DNA of 61,584 nt from a virus. Taxonomy: Duplodnaviria > Caudoviricetes. Shown in pieces: positions 19,579-29,169 of this stretch (positions are counted from its first letter, which is position 1; each line of letters opens with the position of its first letter). The stretch lies in the IMG/VR virus record IMGVR_UViG_3300025120_013662, positions 1 through 61,584 of that record. One strand, written 5' to 3'. Position numbers and translations under genes: made by a program. The notes under the pieces were generated by a model that saw only the letters and a program-made list of their open reading frames with translations, ran no database searches and was not told where the DNA came from.

Positions 19579-19841
19579 TGCCTCGATATATTTACAAGTG
19601 CGAAGAGTGTGAGGTTGTTTTCGAAATATCACACGGGTTCAGACAGGATCCAACTCCTTGCCCTGAATGTAACAAAACAGAGTTTCTTAAAAAACAATTA
19701 ACGACTCCAATTTCACTTGTAAAGAAAAATTTCCAAACAAGCAAGAAGTCAATCGGAAGTGTTGTAAATGAAACAATAGAAGAAACCAAAGAAGATATCA
19801 AGAAAGAAAAAGAAGCTATGAAGAAAAGGATCAAGAAATGA
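19578..19841 (+). CDS. FmdB-family zinc-ribbon protein
   Basis: MPRYIYKCEEC...FE...CPEC, followed by a basic helical tail. Confidence 0.85.
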   Translation: MPRYIYKCEECEVVFEISHGFRQDPTPCPECNKTEFLKKQLTTPISLVKKNFQTSKKSIGSVVNETIEETKEDIKKEKEAMKKRIKK

Positions 19842-20152
19842 TTTACACCATCTTAGCATTAAGTCTTTTACTAAATGTTTTTTCTTTTTGGTATATCAGA
19901 GAACTTTTAAAAAGATTTAGTTTTTTCTCGGACAACATAACAAATTTTCATAGTACAGTTGTAAATTATGAGAACCATTTAAAGAATATTTATGAGCTAG
20001 AGGTTTTCTATGGGGATGAAACTTTAGGTGGTTTACTAACCCATACCAAAGAATTAAAAAATGACATAGGATCATATAGGGAGGTTTTTTCATTAGAGGA
20101 TTTCCAAGACAGCAATTTATTAATTGAGGAAGAAGATAATGAAGAAATCTAA
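19838..20152 (+). CDS. Hypothetical protein with N-terminal transmembrane helix
   Basis: IYTILALSLLLNVFSFWYI hydrophobic stretch followed by a helical region. ATGA overlap. Confidence 0.65.
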   Translation: MIYTILALSLLLNVFSFWYIRELLKRFSFFSDNITNFHSTVVNYENHLKNIYELEVFYGDETLGGLLTHTKELKNDIGSYREVFSLEDFQDSNLLIEEEDNEEI

Positions 20153-20837
20153 AAAGAAAAAGGGAACTTCAAACCATTATTTTACGTTAGATACAGAGAG
20201 GGCAATATTGGATTTTTGCAGTAGCGAAGATCACGCCACTAGAGAATCTCTTTATATAAAAGAAATACAGCCTGCATTTAATGAAATGGTTGATAAGATT
20301 GTTTATACATACAAGTATACAAACCTTGAAAATATAGACAGGCTCAAAGATGATTGTAAGATTTGGCTTACTACTATACTTGGGAAGTTTAACCCTGATA
20401 AGGGAACAAAGGCTTTTTCTTATTTTTCAGTCGTAACAAAGAATTGGTTTACACACAAGGCCAAAAAACAAAACCAGAAAAACAAAAGAGAAGTTAATTA
20501 TGATTCGATGATTCATGAAGTTGAAGTTGTTGACTCACTCAGAGAAGACGATTTCATTAAAAAAGCAGAAGATCAGCAATTTTGGGAAATTTTGTTAACT
20601 GAGGTTGAGTTATGGCAGCATCTGCATCTTAAGGATAATGAACAAAAAGTATTAGATGCTGTTCTGACTCTAATGAAAAACATAGAGCAAATAGAAATCT
20701 TCAACAAAAAAGCAGTTTATCTTTACATGCGTGAGATAACTGGACTAAATACAAAGCAGATAGTTAGCTGCTTAAACAAGATGAGAATAAGATATCGGAC
20801 ATTTAAGAAGAAATGGGATGCGGGAGAAATTAAATAG
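20139..20837 (+). CDS. Phage sigma factor, T4 gp55-like (late transcription)
   Basis: NHYF..., KFNPDKGTKAFSYFSVVTKNWF resembles the sigma region 2 F(D/N)P.K..(P/A)F(A/S)YF motif. Sits directly upstream of the structural genes. GAGGA RBS precedes ATG 20139. Confidence 0.7.
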   Translation: MKKSKKKKGTSNHYFTLDTERAILDFCSSEDHATRESLYIKEIQPAFNEMVDKIVYTYKYTNLENIDRLKDDCKIWLTTILGKFNPDKGTKAFSYFSVVTKNWFTHKAKKQNQKNKREVNYDSMIHEVEVVDSLREDDFIKKAEDQQFWEILLTEVELWQHLHLKDNEQKVLDAVLTLMKNIEQIEIFNKKAVYLYMREITGLNTKQIVSCLNKMRIRYRTFKKKWDAGEIK

Positions 20838-20841
20838 GCGT

Positions 20842-20850
20842 CTAATTATT
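20842..20850 (+). promoter_or_regulatory. Candidate phage late promoter element CTAATTATT
   Basis: Intergenic, 20 bp before ATG 20871. Matches CTAHTTAW seen before four other genes. Confidence 0.45.
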
Positions 20851-20870
20851 ACACAAGCTAGGGGAGTAAT

Positions 20871-21167
20871 ATGAAGAAGAGCCTTAACGATTTAATAGAA
20901 CAAGCGTTAGAGAATATAAAGAACGACAGACAAGAAACAGAAATACTTTTGTCTGAGTTAAAAGAATATATGAATATATCTCGTGAGAGATACGCTGATT
21001 CGGGTCCGGTCGCCGCAAAATTTGTGGAAACATTACAAAGAAGTAATGAACAATTGGTAAAAATTGCTACCCTAGTACACAAAAAAGAAAGTGTCTCTGG
21101 GGAGGCTTCCTTATCTGATTCAGATAAAGATAATTTATTTGATATTATCAACGGTGGCGAAAAATGA
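20871..21167 (+). CDS. Hypothetical helical protein
   Basis: GGGGAG RBS and ATG; coiled-coil-like sequence. Confidence 0.7.
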   Translation: MKKSLNDLIEQALENIKNDRQETEILLSELKEYMNISRERYADSGPVAAKFVETLQRSNEQLVKIATLVHKKESVSGEASLSDSDKDNLFDIINGGEK

Positions 21168-22390
21168 CAAAAAATCTTAACGCCTATAATCGAAGACTTG
21201 AAAAGCCGTGGTCTGCTGAAAATAGAAATTCATATATCGCTGAAGAGGCGGAACGTCATAGAGTAGATAGCTGGGAAGGTCGAGCCGGATCTCAATTTGC
21301 TATAGTAAAATCTGCGGAAACAACTGATATACTTAATACATTTACAGATACCAAAGCCCCTCCGGGTTCTTTTCAGTATTCAGTTCGAGCTTATATCCCC
21401 AAGGTAATGGGGTATTTTTCTGAACCAGTGGCAGGCTCACAAAAACAACTTATAGAAGCAACCTGTCCAGAATTTATAGGGCCTAGTGAAACAGCCCCCC
21501 AGCCCGGCGAGCAAGCTGAGGTTGCTTTCTTTGATCCAAAAAATACTTCACAGAAGTTTAATAACGGAAAATTTTTAAAAGTTGTAGCGGCGGGGGTGTT
21601 TGTGGACACTCGATCAAAAGTGGTACCTTGTGCTTTAATCCCTGCTGTAAAAGGTCCAACGGCAAGTCCTGTAGCTACACCAGTCCCTGAGATCAAAAAC
21701 CCCGCCAAAAAAACAGGCGGATCTGGAGGGACGGCACCCGGTATGATAGGTCTTGATGGAAACCCCATTCCGGAACAAGCTTCTACGCCGCCACAAACCG
21801 ACTCTAATAGAATTGCTCCTGTGCAATTGGGATATACAGTTTGTGACTCGAACTATAGCGTTTCGGAATTTACCACGGCTAATGAGCAAGTTGCTAGCGC
21901 AAGGAAAAGCATAGCCAGTAATAAAAAGTTTAAACCTCGTTTTCCATCAGCGCCATCATATCCATATGGTAGTAGATTTGGGCAAAGACCAAAAGCTACA
22001 GGAGAACCCGGAGTAGAAGGACATTCAGGTGTGGATATTAAATGCCCAACAGGAACACCAATTTTGTCAGTCCTTCCCGGAAAAGTTGTTGGGGTTAATA
22101 AGTCTAACGACGAGCAAAGAGGTGGATTATGGGTTAAAGTTGAACATCCTAAATTTGGCAATATATGCACCTTTTATGGGCACTTGAATAATGTTTTGGT
22201 AAGTAGAGGTGACACGGTAGATTATGGTACTCAGATAGGCATAAGCGGAAACACTGGAAGGTCAACTGGCCCGCACCTTCATTTTGAACTTAGAAGAAAC
22301 AAGACCGATAATAGAAGTAACAAGGATCCTGTAAAGTTCCTTGCCATGGACCTTGAGGTTGGTATTTCTTATGCGGACATCCCTTCATAA
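21164..22390 (+). CDS. Tail/baseplate-associated M23 metallopeptidase with N-terminal gp5/gpV OB-like region and Pro/Thr-rich linker
   Basis: HSGVDI (HxxxD), YGHL, GNTGRSTGPHLHFE (HxH). N-terminal VRAYIP...PQPGEQAEVAF. Confidence 0.82.
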   Translation: MTKNLNAYNRRLEKPWSAENRNSYIAEEAERHRVDSWEGRAGSQFAIVKSAETTDILNTFTDTKAPPGSFQYSVRAYIPKVMGYFSEPVAGSQKQLIEATCPEFIGPSETAPQPGEQAEVAFFDPKNTSQKFNNGKFLKVVAAGVFVDTRSKVVPCALIPAVKGPTASPVATPVPEIKNPAKKTGGSGGTAPGMIGLDGNPIPEQASTPPQTDSNRIAPVQLGYTVCDSNYSVSEFTTANEQVASARKSIASNKKFKPRFPSAPSYPYGSRFGQRPKATGEPGVEGHSGVDIKCPTGTPILSVLPGKVVGVNKSNDEQRGGLWVKVEHPKFGNICTFYGHLNNVLVSRGDTVDYGTQIGISGNTGRSTGPHLHFELRRNKTDNRSNKDPVKFLAMDLEVGISYADIPS

Positions 22391-23292
22391 TGGCTAAAAT
22401 AAGATCCTTAATACTCGACGGATTAAGCGAAAACCCGAAGAGGCCAAGACATACAGGATTAACAGTTGATGTAAATCATACTGGTATATACGGCGACCCT
22501 CTTATTGAGGCAGTACCCACTTATAATAGATCAAGCTCAGAGAAAGTTCATTCTGGAAAAAATAATACGTTTATAGTTTTTGGACGAGACAGACCTAGAG
22601 ATTTAAGTAGTGGTAATGGTGGGCAGCCAATTAGCCACTGTGGATGTATAGATATCATTGCAGGAATGTCTGGGATATTAACCCGTGAAGCTAACTCTTC
22701 CGGAGAACAAGTAGTCACAGACAAGAGCCCGGAATTTGACGCAGCAAGAATATACATATCTCAAAGAGCAAAAGACATCGACTCTACAGAATATTTTGGT
22801 ATTGCGGAAGGTAAAGTCGGATTTTCTCCTCAAAGATCAGCTATAGCGATTAAGGCGGACGCTGTAAGAATCATCGGGAGAGAGGGTATAAAGATAGTAA
22901 CAGGAACTGATACCAGAAATTCCTTAGGTTTAAAAATAGATGATTTAATATTTGGCATTGATTTGATTGCCGGCAATAATGATCAGGATTTACAACCATT
23001 AGTTAAGGGAAAAAATTTACAAATAGCATTAATGCAGAATTTAGATTTAATTTCTGATATCAATGCCGTGATTACAAAATTGTGTGAAATAAAACTTCAA
23101 GAGACACTACCCATAGCCGCCGCAGCGGTTGCCTCTGGTGTCCCTTCTTCTGCTCCTGCAACTCTCGCTAACTTGACACTGTTAATTGGGGATTTGCAAG
23201 CAAATCAAAAAAACCTATGGTCCCACGGGAAAAACTTTTTATCTCCAATTGGAGATGGTTATATAAACAGTAAGTTTAATAACACTAACTAA
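22390..23292 (+). CDS. Putative baseplate hub/spike protein (gp5/gpV C-terminal-like)
   Basis: GKNNTFIVFGRDR, AARIYISQ, AIAIKADAVRIIGREGIKIVT (beta-rich), QPLVKG. Located between the M23 gene and the wedge genes. Confidence 0.5.
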   Translation: MAKIRSLILDGLSENPKRPRHTGLTVDVNHTGIYGDPLIEAVPTYNRSSSEKVHSGKNNTFIVFGRDRPRDLSSGNGGQPISHCGCIDIIAGMSGILTREANSSGEQVVTDKSPEFDAARIYISQRAKDIDSTEYFGIAEGKVGFSPQRSAIAIKADAVRIIGREGIKIVTGTDTRNSLGLKIDDLIFGIDLIAGNNDQDLQPLVKGKNLQIALMQNLDLISDINAVITKLCEIKLQETLPIAAAAVASGVPSSAPATLANLTLLIGDLQANQKNLWSHGKNFLSPIGDGYINSKFNNTN

Positions 23293-23305
23293 AGTAATAT
23301 ATTAT

Positions 23306-26300
23306 ATGACAATAACACGAAGACAGAGAAATATCATTAACCCATTTGCTAATTCATTACTGGTGGCAAGTGGAATAGATTATTCTTATGAGGATCCAAG
23401 AAACTCTTGGGTTATACAGGGTATTCACGACATTTATTTAAATTTTGGTGAGTTGCCCGTTATCGGATCAACTCTTCTAGCGGGATCAGGTTTAGCGGAA
23501 GATACATTTTTGTCCCTACAGGACGCCAAAGCTTACTCTGCCCTTTATCCACAAAATGCTAAAACTGTCATCGATGGCGATCTTTTTTCTCTTGAGGAGT
23601 GTACACCACTAGAGTCAGAAGAACAATTAGCAGCCATAGCTCAGATACTGATAACGGATAATAGTTCTGTAGTTTATTCGACCTCTACAACAGAGGAAGC
23701 TCAACGCCCAGAAAATCAAGGGGCTATTTCAGAGATTAGCGGATCATCGACTCCAAGCGATCAACAAATTTTATTGCAATCTGCGGCACAGTTGCCTTCA
23801 ATAAACTATGACCAATCAATAGAAACATTATCTAAACTCAGAAAAACCTTCCAATATCCATCGAATACAGTTTTAGACGCACCTCTACAGACTGAGGTTA
23901 ACAGCATTAACTCATCTTTGTTGTTGCAGTCAGATGGGGTTGACCTGTATGACTGGCAAAATAATGCTTTAGCAGGAAACCAATCAGAAGTCAAGTATTA
24001 TAATTCCTTAGAACAAATGTATTATTTTGTGAAGAGGACAAATTCTATAGAACCTGAAGGATATGATAATTATACAGAGAATCAATCGACCATAGACAGA
24101 GTAGTTGAAGCTAAGAATTATGGACTAACAAAAATTTTGGGCATAGCTGGTAAGTTGTCTGATGAAAACTTGGCACAGATATTAGATCCGGGAGATGATA
24201 TTTCTTCTCCCTTGGAATTTAGGAGCTTCTTAAGTGTACGTCCGGGTTCTCGTTGGGTGTATGCTGTTAGGTTAGGGAAAGAGTTTGTAGATGAATTAGA
24301 AGGTGCGGGCGTCGATGCATCTCTTGCTGATGAACAATACTCTCCATATAAAAAATCTAAGATACTATTGTCCTTAGTTACAGGGGGTCCATTTAGATAT
24401 TCTTCTTTTACTATTTCATCAATTGAGTCAAAAATAGAAAAGCTTCTGTATATTCTCCGTCAATATAGATCGTTGATGCTTATAGAAAACATAACACCAG
24501 ATATGATTGGTGGGTTTAATATTTCCTCCGAAATACAGTCTTTACAAACATTGCAAGAAAGACTTCAAGCATTTTTCACCTACAATAATGTTGAGATAAC
24601 AAGTCCGGAAAATGATTATGTTGAGTTTGTTTTTTCGCCCAATATGACTTTATCTCATGTCTTTTATAATGGCTCTTTGCATACCCAAGCAATTGGCAAT
24701 ACAGTCTTCACAAAGCCTAAATCAGGAGGTGATGCACCGACACCAGTATCTTCGGAAGCTTATACAAATGTATTTAATGGTGTTTCACCTTATTTGTGGG
24801 GTTTTCTATATAAATCATTCGATATAGTAAATGAAACAAAAGATAAGATAATAGCAGATTGGCCAACTTGGTCTGATTTTCTTAACAGGTATACCATCCC
24901 AAGCGTTAACATAAATCCGTCAAAAATAAGTGAGGAAAGAAAAAAGAAATCGTTAAAGATCGCTCCCCCTCCAAATATATTCTCATTGATCGACAGGGTA
25001 GCCAAACCTACCTCAACTCAGGCAACAGAAATATTCAATAAAAGAGAGTTATATCAAAATATTGTAAGTGCTGGTGCTTCTTGTGGTACTGGACAGGCTC
25101 AAATATTTAATGATATTATAATGTTTGCTAATTTGGTGAACGGTAAGGCATCTTTAAAATCAATTATAAGAACTGCGGTGCTTAGGTATAAAGGCGAGAT
25201 ACTTCAAAGTAAGGTCGTCCAGAATAGATTAAAGAACGAAAACAATGAAAGTTATTCTGAGATTGTGGATGTTGGTATTAATCGAGGCATAAGATATTTA
25301 GATAATCCCAGTGCTACAGACCAAGCCTTACGGGATGCGGAGGAGTTTGTCAACAGAGAATTGGCTTGTATTGTAGATGTGATAGGTGAATTTATTGAGG
25401 ATAGCGTATTGAAGCCAAACGGCAATCCTCCGTTAATATCTAGAGCGTTGAGAAGTCCTGCTGCCAGACCAGCACTATCTTTCAAGTTTAGGAAGACACC
25501 CTCTAGAAATATGTGGAAAGCTTGGACTAGCTTGTTGGATAGGCTTTTGACACAATTCGTTAAACAATTGATGTATGGTATTTTAAGAGATACCCTGAAA
25601 GCATCATTGGGTTGTGGACCAGACCAGCCAAATAACCCCGCAGCAGGCTTGAAATCTGCTATAAAATCATTAGATTATGGGCAGGCTGATCTCAATCAAT
25701 ATACAGAAGGCATTGACCTTATAGAGCTTGCACAAAAATTTGGGCTGTCTAATAAAGATATCGAAGTAGTGAATGACAAAGAAACAATAACCATGTCACC
25801 GCCACGGATAGAACAACTAGAACAACTGCATAGCGATGTATCAAATATAACAACTCCTGATGAACTTAAACTTTTGCTAGAGGGGGATGCTACAGATGAG
25901 TTGTTATCATTAATAAACGAAATGATAAATTCTGGAGAGATTGACACTGAGGGGTTTGACGGAGACACAACGGCAGCAATCGAGAGATTCCAACAATACG
26001 GAGGATATTATACAGCTTGGACCGGTCTTAGTGTTGTAGCTGGGGCTGTTGCTGCTGCAACAATAACACCTCTGGAAAAAACACCACTCTTAATGGCCCA
26101 AAGACAAGAGTCCTTACTCCCCGGCGATGAAAGATACGCTGTTCTTGGATTTAGCAATTCTGTACTGAGAGAATATTTTCAAGCTCTTGGCGATGAGATA
26201 GGGCAAGCAAAATTGGACCTCTTGGATCGACCTGCTGAAGGTGACGAGTCAACTAGCGCAGAAGATGCTTATTGTGAAGACATATCACCTTTCAGGGTAG

Positions 26301-28747
26301 ACGCTTTATTAACAAGAGAACAGTTAGAACGCCAGTATGACGATATCATAGAGGCTAAAATGAAGCAGATAGACTCCTTGTGTAATCTTGGGGATTTACC
26401 TAGCCTACAATTTCAGATGGACTCCTTTATTAATGGTCTTCCAAGTGCAGGATGGTATGATAGTATATTAGCTTTCATAGCTAGGATAAGTAATGAGTTG
26501 GCAGACCTTTTAGCCAAGTCATTGTTTGGGGACGACGAAACAGAGACGTGGTCACCTCGTGCCGAAAATTTTAATGATACTAAATTTGGACAGGCCTTAA
26601 ACGCTCAATTGGCAAATCAGTTGCCGAATAGGTTGAACTCTTTTACACAATATCCGTTTATTGACGATATATTTGAAACAAGGTCAGAAACTTTAGTAAC
26701 TCAAATTGAAGCACAGCGTTTATTTCCAGATAACGTTCTCGGCCCCCGACTTGCAGACCTACCCAACACTAGAATAAACATAGAGTGGGGACCAAGGACA
26801 CCTTCTGTAAATTTAGATATCCCGCCAGTAGGATCTGAGACAGTAAGAATATATTTTGCAGCTTCTCCTAATCGAATTGGTGATTTAATAGCAGAAGCAC
26901 CGATAGCTGCCGATGAGAATGTCCTAGAAGGTTTAAGATTACGTGGACTAAGACTGTCAAACGGTAATCCGGGAGCCTTGGCTCAGGTCGATGGAATACT
27001 AGGAATCCCACCATTTATATCCGACGGCGTCAACGCTGCCGTCGGCCACTATACCCGAGGTCTCCAAGGTCATCATCTGATAGTGGATCAGATAATACTG
27101 CCACCGTACCATAAATTGGCACATACCAACAATACGATACGAAAGCTTATCTCAAATTTTTATTACTCAGAAATCGGGCGCTCCAGACTTCCGCTATTTT
27201 TAAAAGATCTTCTTGCCCCGGTTTTTATTTCTGATAGTGATAATTGTGCTACTACGAGGGATGAATCAATTGCCTTGGCAGCACTAAATGGTATACAAAG
27301 TAGGGTCATCACCTTTTTTATGAATGTTGGTCCGTTGATGACGACTTTTCTGGGTTGGTCGGCTCCTACAACTATAAACATAATAACCACATATTTGTCA
27401 AATAAAATAATTAAAGAGTTAAAAGAAAAGGTTATCTATGGACCGTATTTGCAATCTATGGAAAAAGTAAAACTTGTCTATCATTCCGAGGACCAAGAAG
27501 GGGATAAACTTTTCCTACCAGAAAATTTGAACAATGAAGATATTCTTAGGGCTGTTATCAGACAATTTATAGAAAAATTAATCTTGAAGATAGGCAGCCG
27601 AGGGGTGTTTAGAGTAAATCAAAATCCTTTAGACTCATCTTTAAATGAAGACGGGGAAGAGCAAATACAGTGGACTTGGTACACACAGATGATTGAAGCT
27701 CTAAGAGTAGAGCTTTTGACATTACCTCACGGCGAGGGATTCTTTGGAGTGAGCGACCGTGAACGAGCAAATTTGGAAAACAACGATCGTGCTTGGCTTC
27801 AGCAGGCTTTATATTATTTACCTATTCCAATATTATATGGTGGCTATATAGTTCATTTTGATGCATCAATAGATTTGATGGGGAAATATCCCAAGTTTAC
27901 ACTTGAGTCAACAAGACGCTCTGCATACGCTGACGATAGGTTGTTGGGATCCTTAAATGATAATTATGTGCCGGCTTTTTCTACAGTATTTGCAAACTTG
28001 CCATACACTTACATTTCTGAGGATGGACAAGATACAACTGAATTTTGGACACCTGCTCAAGTAGACAAAAGAATTTTGGAACTAGAAGAAAATATCATAT
28101 TGCAATCTGAACGTGCTTTAACAGTGAGTGAATTCACAGAGGAAGACGCTCAAGAATTAGAGGGACTTGCTGACGATATACGGGATATTATCACAAATTC
28201 AATAGCAAACTTGCCAGATGCTAATGATCCTAGGGTTTTGGAATATGAGAATGTTTTTGGTAATAGGTCGATATTTAGGACATATTATAGCCCACCCGAT
28301 AATAATAGAATAGATTTTTTAGTAGGGAGAGAGTTTATGTCGGTACTGGTGCCTGAGAATCAAGAAGTATTTCTCTCAGGCGAAGTTGAAGATGTCGGCA
28401 GCGGAAGACTTAGGGGAAATGATCGCCGAGAGAGGGTTTTAGTAATTTGGGAGGCTTTACAGGCAATGCGCCGTTCTCGTTTTGGGCAAGCCCTGAGAAG
28501 AGAAGGGGCGGGTGATGGTCTGAACGTCAGGCAAACCCTAGCCCGCAACGGCGCACTTCTATGGCTTAGAGAATATCAGAACAATCTTCCATACGAGCAA
28601 GTTCTGGCAAACTACTTAAGAGAAGCAACCCTTGTAGAAAATAGAGATACTGGATTGGCAGCTTTGAGGACTATTAGAGAAACAATAAAGAATAACACTG
28701 TGGAATTAAACTCACTGAGGTATATTTTGGGAGGTAAGGATGAGTAA
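23306..28747 (+). CDS. Large hypothetical structural protein (1813 aa)
   Basis: Long open frame in the baseplate module. No recognisable domain. Confidence 0.6.
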   Translation: MTITRRQRNIINPFANSLLVASGIDYSYEDPRNSWVIQGIHDIYLNFGELPVIGSTLLAGSGLAEDTFLSLQDAKAYSALYPQNAKTVIDGDLFSLEECTPLESEEQLAAIAQILITDNSSVVYSTSTTEEAQRPENQGAISEISGSSTPSDQQILLQSAAQLPSINYDQSIETLSKLRKTFQYPSNTVLDAPLQTEVNSINSSLLLQSDGVDLYDWQNNALAGNQSEVKYYNSLEQMYYFVKRTNSIEPEGYDNYTENQSTIDRVVEAKNYGLTKILGIAGKLSDENLAQILDPGDDISSPLEFRSFLSVRPGSRWVYAVRLGKEFVDELEGAGVDASLADEQYSPYKKSKILLSLVTGGPFRYSSFTISSIESKIEKLLYILRQYRSLMLIENITPDMIGGFNISSEIQSLQTLQERLQAFFTYNNVEITSPENDYVEFVFSPNMTLSHVFYNGSLHTQAIGNTVFTKPKSGGDAPTPVSSEAYTNVFNGVSPYLWGFLYKSFDIVNETKDKIIADWPTWSDFLNRYTIPSVNINPSKISEERKKKSLKIAPPPNIFSLIDRVAKPTSTQATEIFNKRELYQNIVSAGASCGTGQAQIFNDIIMFANLVNGKASLKSIIRTAVLRYKGEILQSKVVQNRLKNENNESYSEIVDVGINRGIRYLDNPSATDQALRDAEEFVNRELACIVDVIGEFIEDSVLKPNGNPPLISRALRSPAARPALSFKFRKTPSRNMWKAWTSLLDRLLTQFVKQLMYGILRDTLKASLGCGPDQPNNPAAGLKSAIKSLDYGQADLNQYTEGIDLIELAQKFGLSNKDIEVVNDKETITMSPPRIEQLEQLHSDVSNITTPDELKLLLEGDATDELLSLINEMINSGEIDTEGFDGDTTAAIERFQQYGGYYTAWTGLSVVAGAVAAATITPLEKTPLLMAQRQESLLPGDERYAVLGFSNSVLREYFQALGDEIGQAKLDLLDRPAEGDESTSAEDAYCEDISPFRVDALLTREQLERQYDDIIEAKMKQIDSLCNLGDLPSLQFQMDSFINGLPSAGWYDSILAFIARISNELADLLAKSLFGDDETETWSPRAENFNDTKFGQALNAQLANQLPNRLNSFTQYPFIDDIFETRSETLVTQIEAQRLFPDNVLGPRLADLPNTRINIEWGPRTPSVNLDIPPVGSETVRIYFAASPNRIGDLIAEAPIAADENVLEGLRLRGLRLSNGNPGALAQVDGILGIPPFISDGVNAAVGHYTRGLQGHHLIVDQIILPPYHKLAHTNNTIRKLISNFYYSEIGRSRLPLFLKDLLAPVFISDSDNCATTRDESIALAALNGIQSRVITFFMNVGPLMTTFLGWSAPTTINIITTYLSNKIIKELKEKVIYGPYLQSMEKVKLVYHSEDQEGDKLFLPENLNNEDILRAVIRQFIEKLILKIGSRGVFRVNQNPLDSSLNEDGEEQIQWTWYTQMIEALRVELLTLPHGEGFFGVSDRERANLENNDRAWLQQALYYLPIPILYGGYIVHFDASIDLMGKYPKFTLESTRRSAYADDRLLGSLNDNYVPAFSTVFANLPYTYISEDGQDTTEFWTPAQVDKRILELEENIILQSERALTVSEFTEEDAQELEGLADDIRDIITNSIANLPDANDPRVLEYENVFGNRSIFRTYYSPPDNNRIDFLVGREFMSVLVPENQEVFLSGEVEDVGSGRLRGNDRRERVLVIWEALQAMRRSRFGQALRREGAGDGLNVRQTLARNGALLWLREYQNNLPYEQVLANYLREATLVENRDTGLAALRTIRETIKNNTVELNSLRYILGGKDE

Positions 28748-29141
28748 ATTACAAGGTATTTCAGTTAAAATTCCTCTTGTTTATAGTCAAGAGGATGGTC
28801 CTTACGAATTAAATAAGAATATTGGCGATGTGGTTAAACAAAACTTAAAGAACTTAATTTTAACTAATCCCGGCGAGAGACCAATGATTCGAGACTTTGG
28901 AGTAGGCTTTCATAGGTTACTATTTGAGCCAGTAAACTCAAGACTTTTAGAACGAATAAATACAAATATATTGAAGCAGGTAGGGAAGTACATGCCGTTT
29001 TTAAACATTGAAGATGTTATCTTTATAACCTCTGATGAAAACGATGGAATTTCCAATAATGAAATCTCGGTTACAATAAAATATAACCTAGGAGATTTAA
29101 ATCCTACCGAGACACTGACAATAACTTCTAATAACGACTAA
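28740..29141 (+). CDS. GPW/gp25-family baseplate wedge protein
   Basis: VKQNLKNLILTNPGERPMIRDFGVG...LLFEP motif. Confidence 0.92.
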   Translation: MSKLQGISVKIPLVYSQEDGPYELNKNIGDVVKQNLKNLILTNPGERPMIRDFGVGFHRLLFEPVNSRLLERINTNILKQVGKYMPFLNIEDVIFITSDENDGISNNEISVTIKYNLGDLNPTETLTITSNND

Positions 29142-29147
29142 TTAATA
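29138..29147 (+). promoter_or_regulatory. Candidate phage late promoter element CTAATTAATA
   Basis: Spans the gp25-like stop codon, 22 bp before ATG 29170. Confidence 0.4.
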
Positions 29148-29169
29148 AGTAAAATCAGGAAACTTAAAT

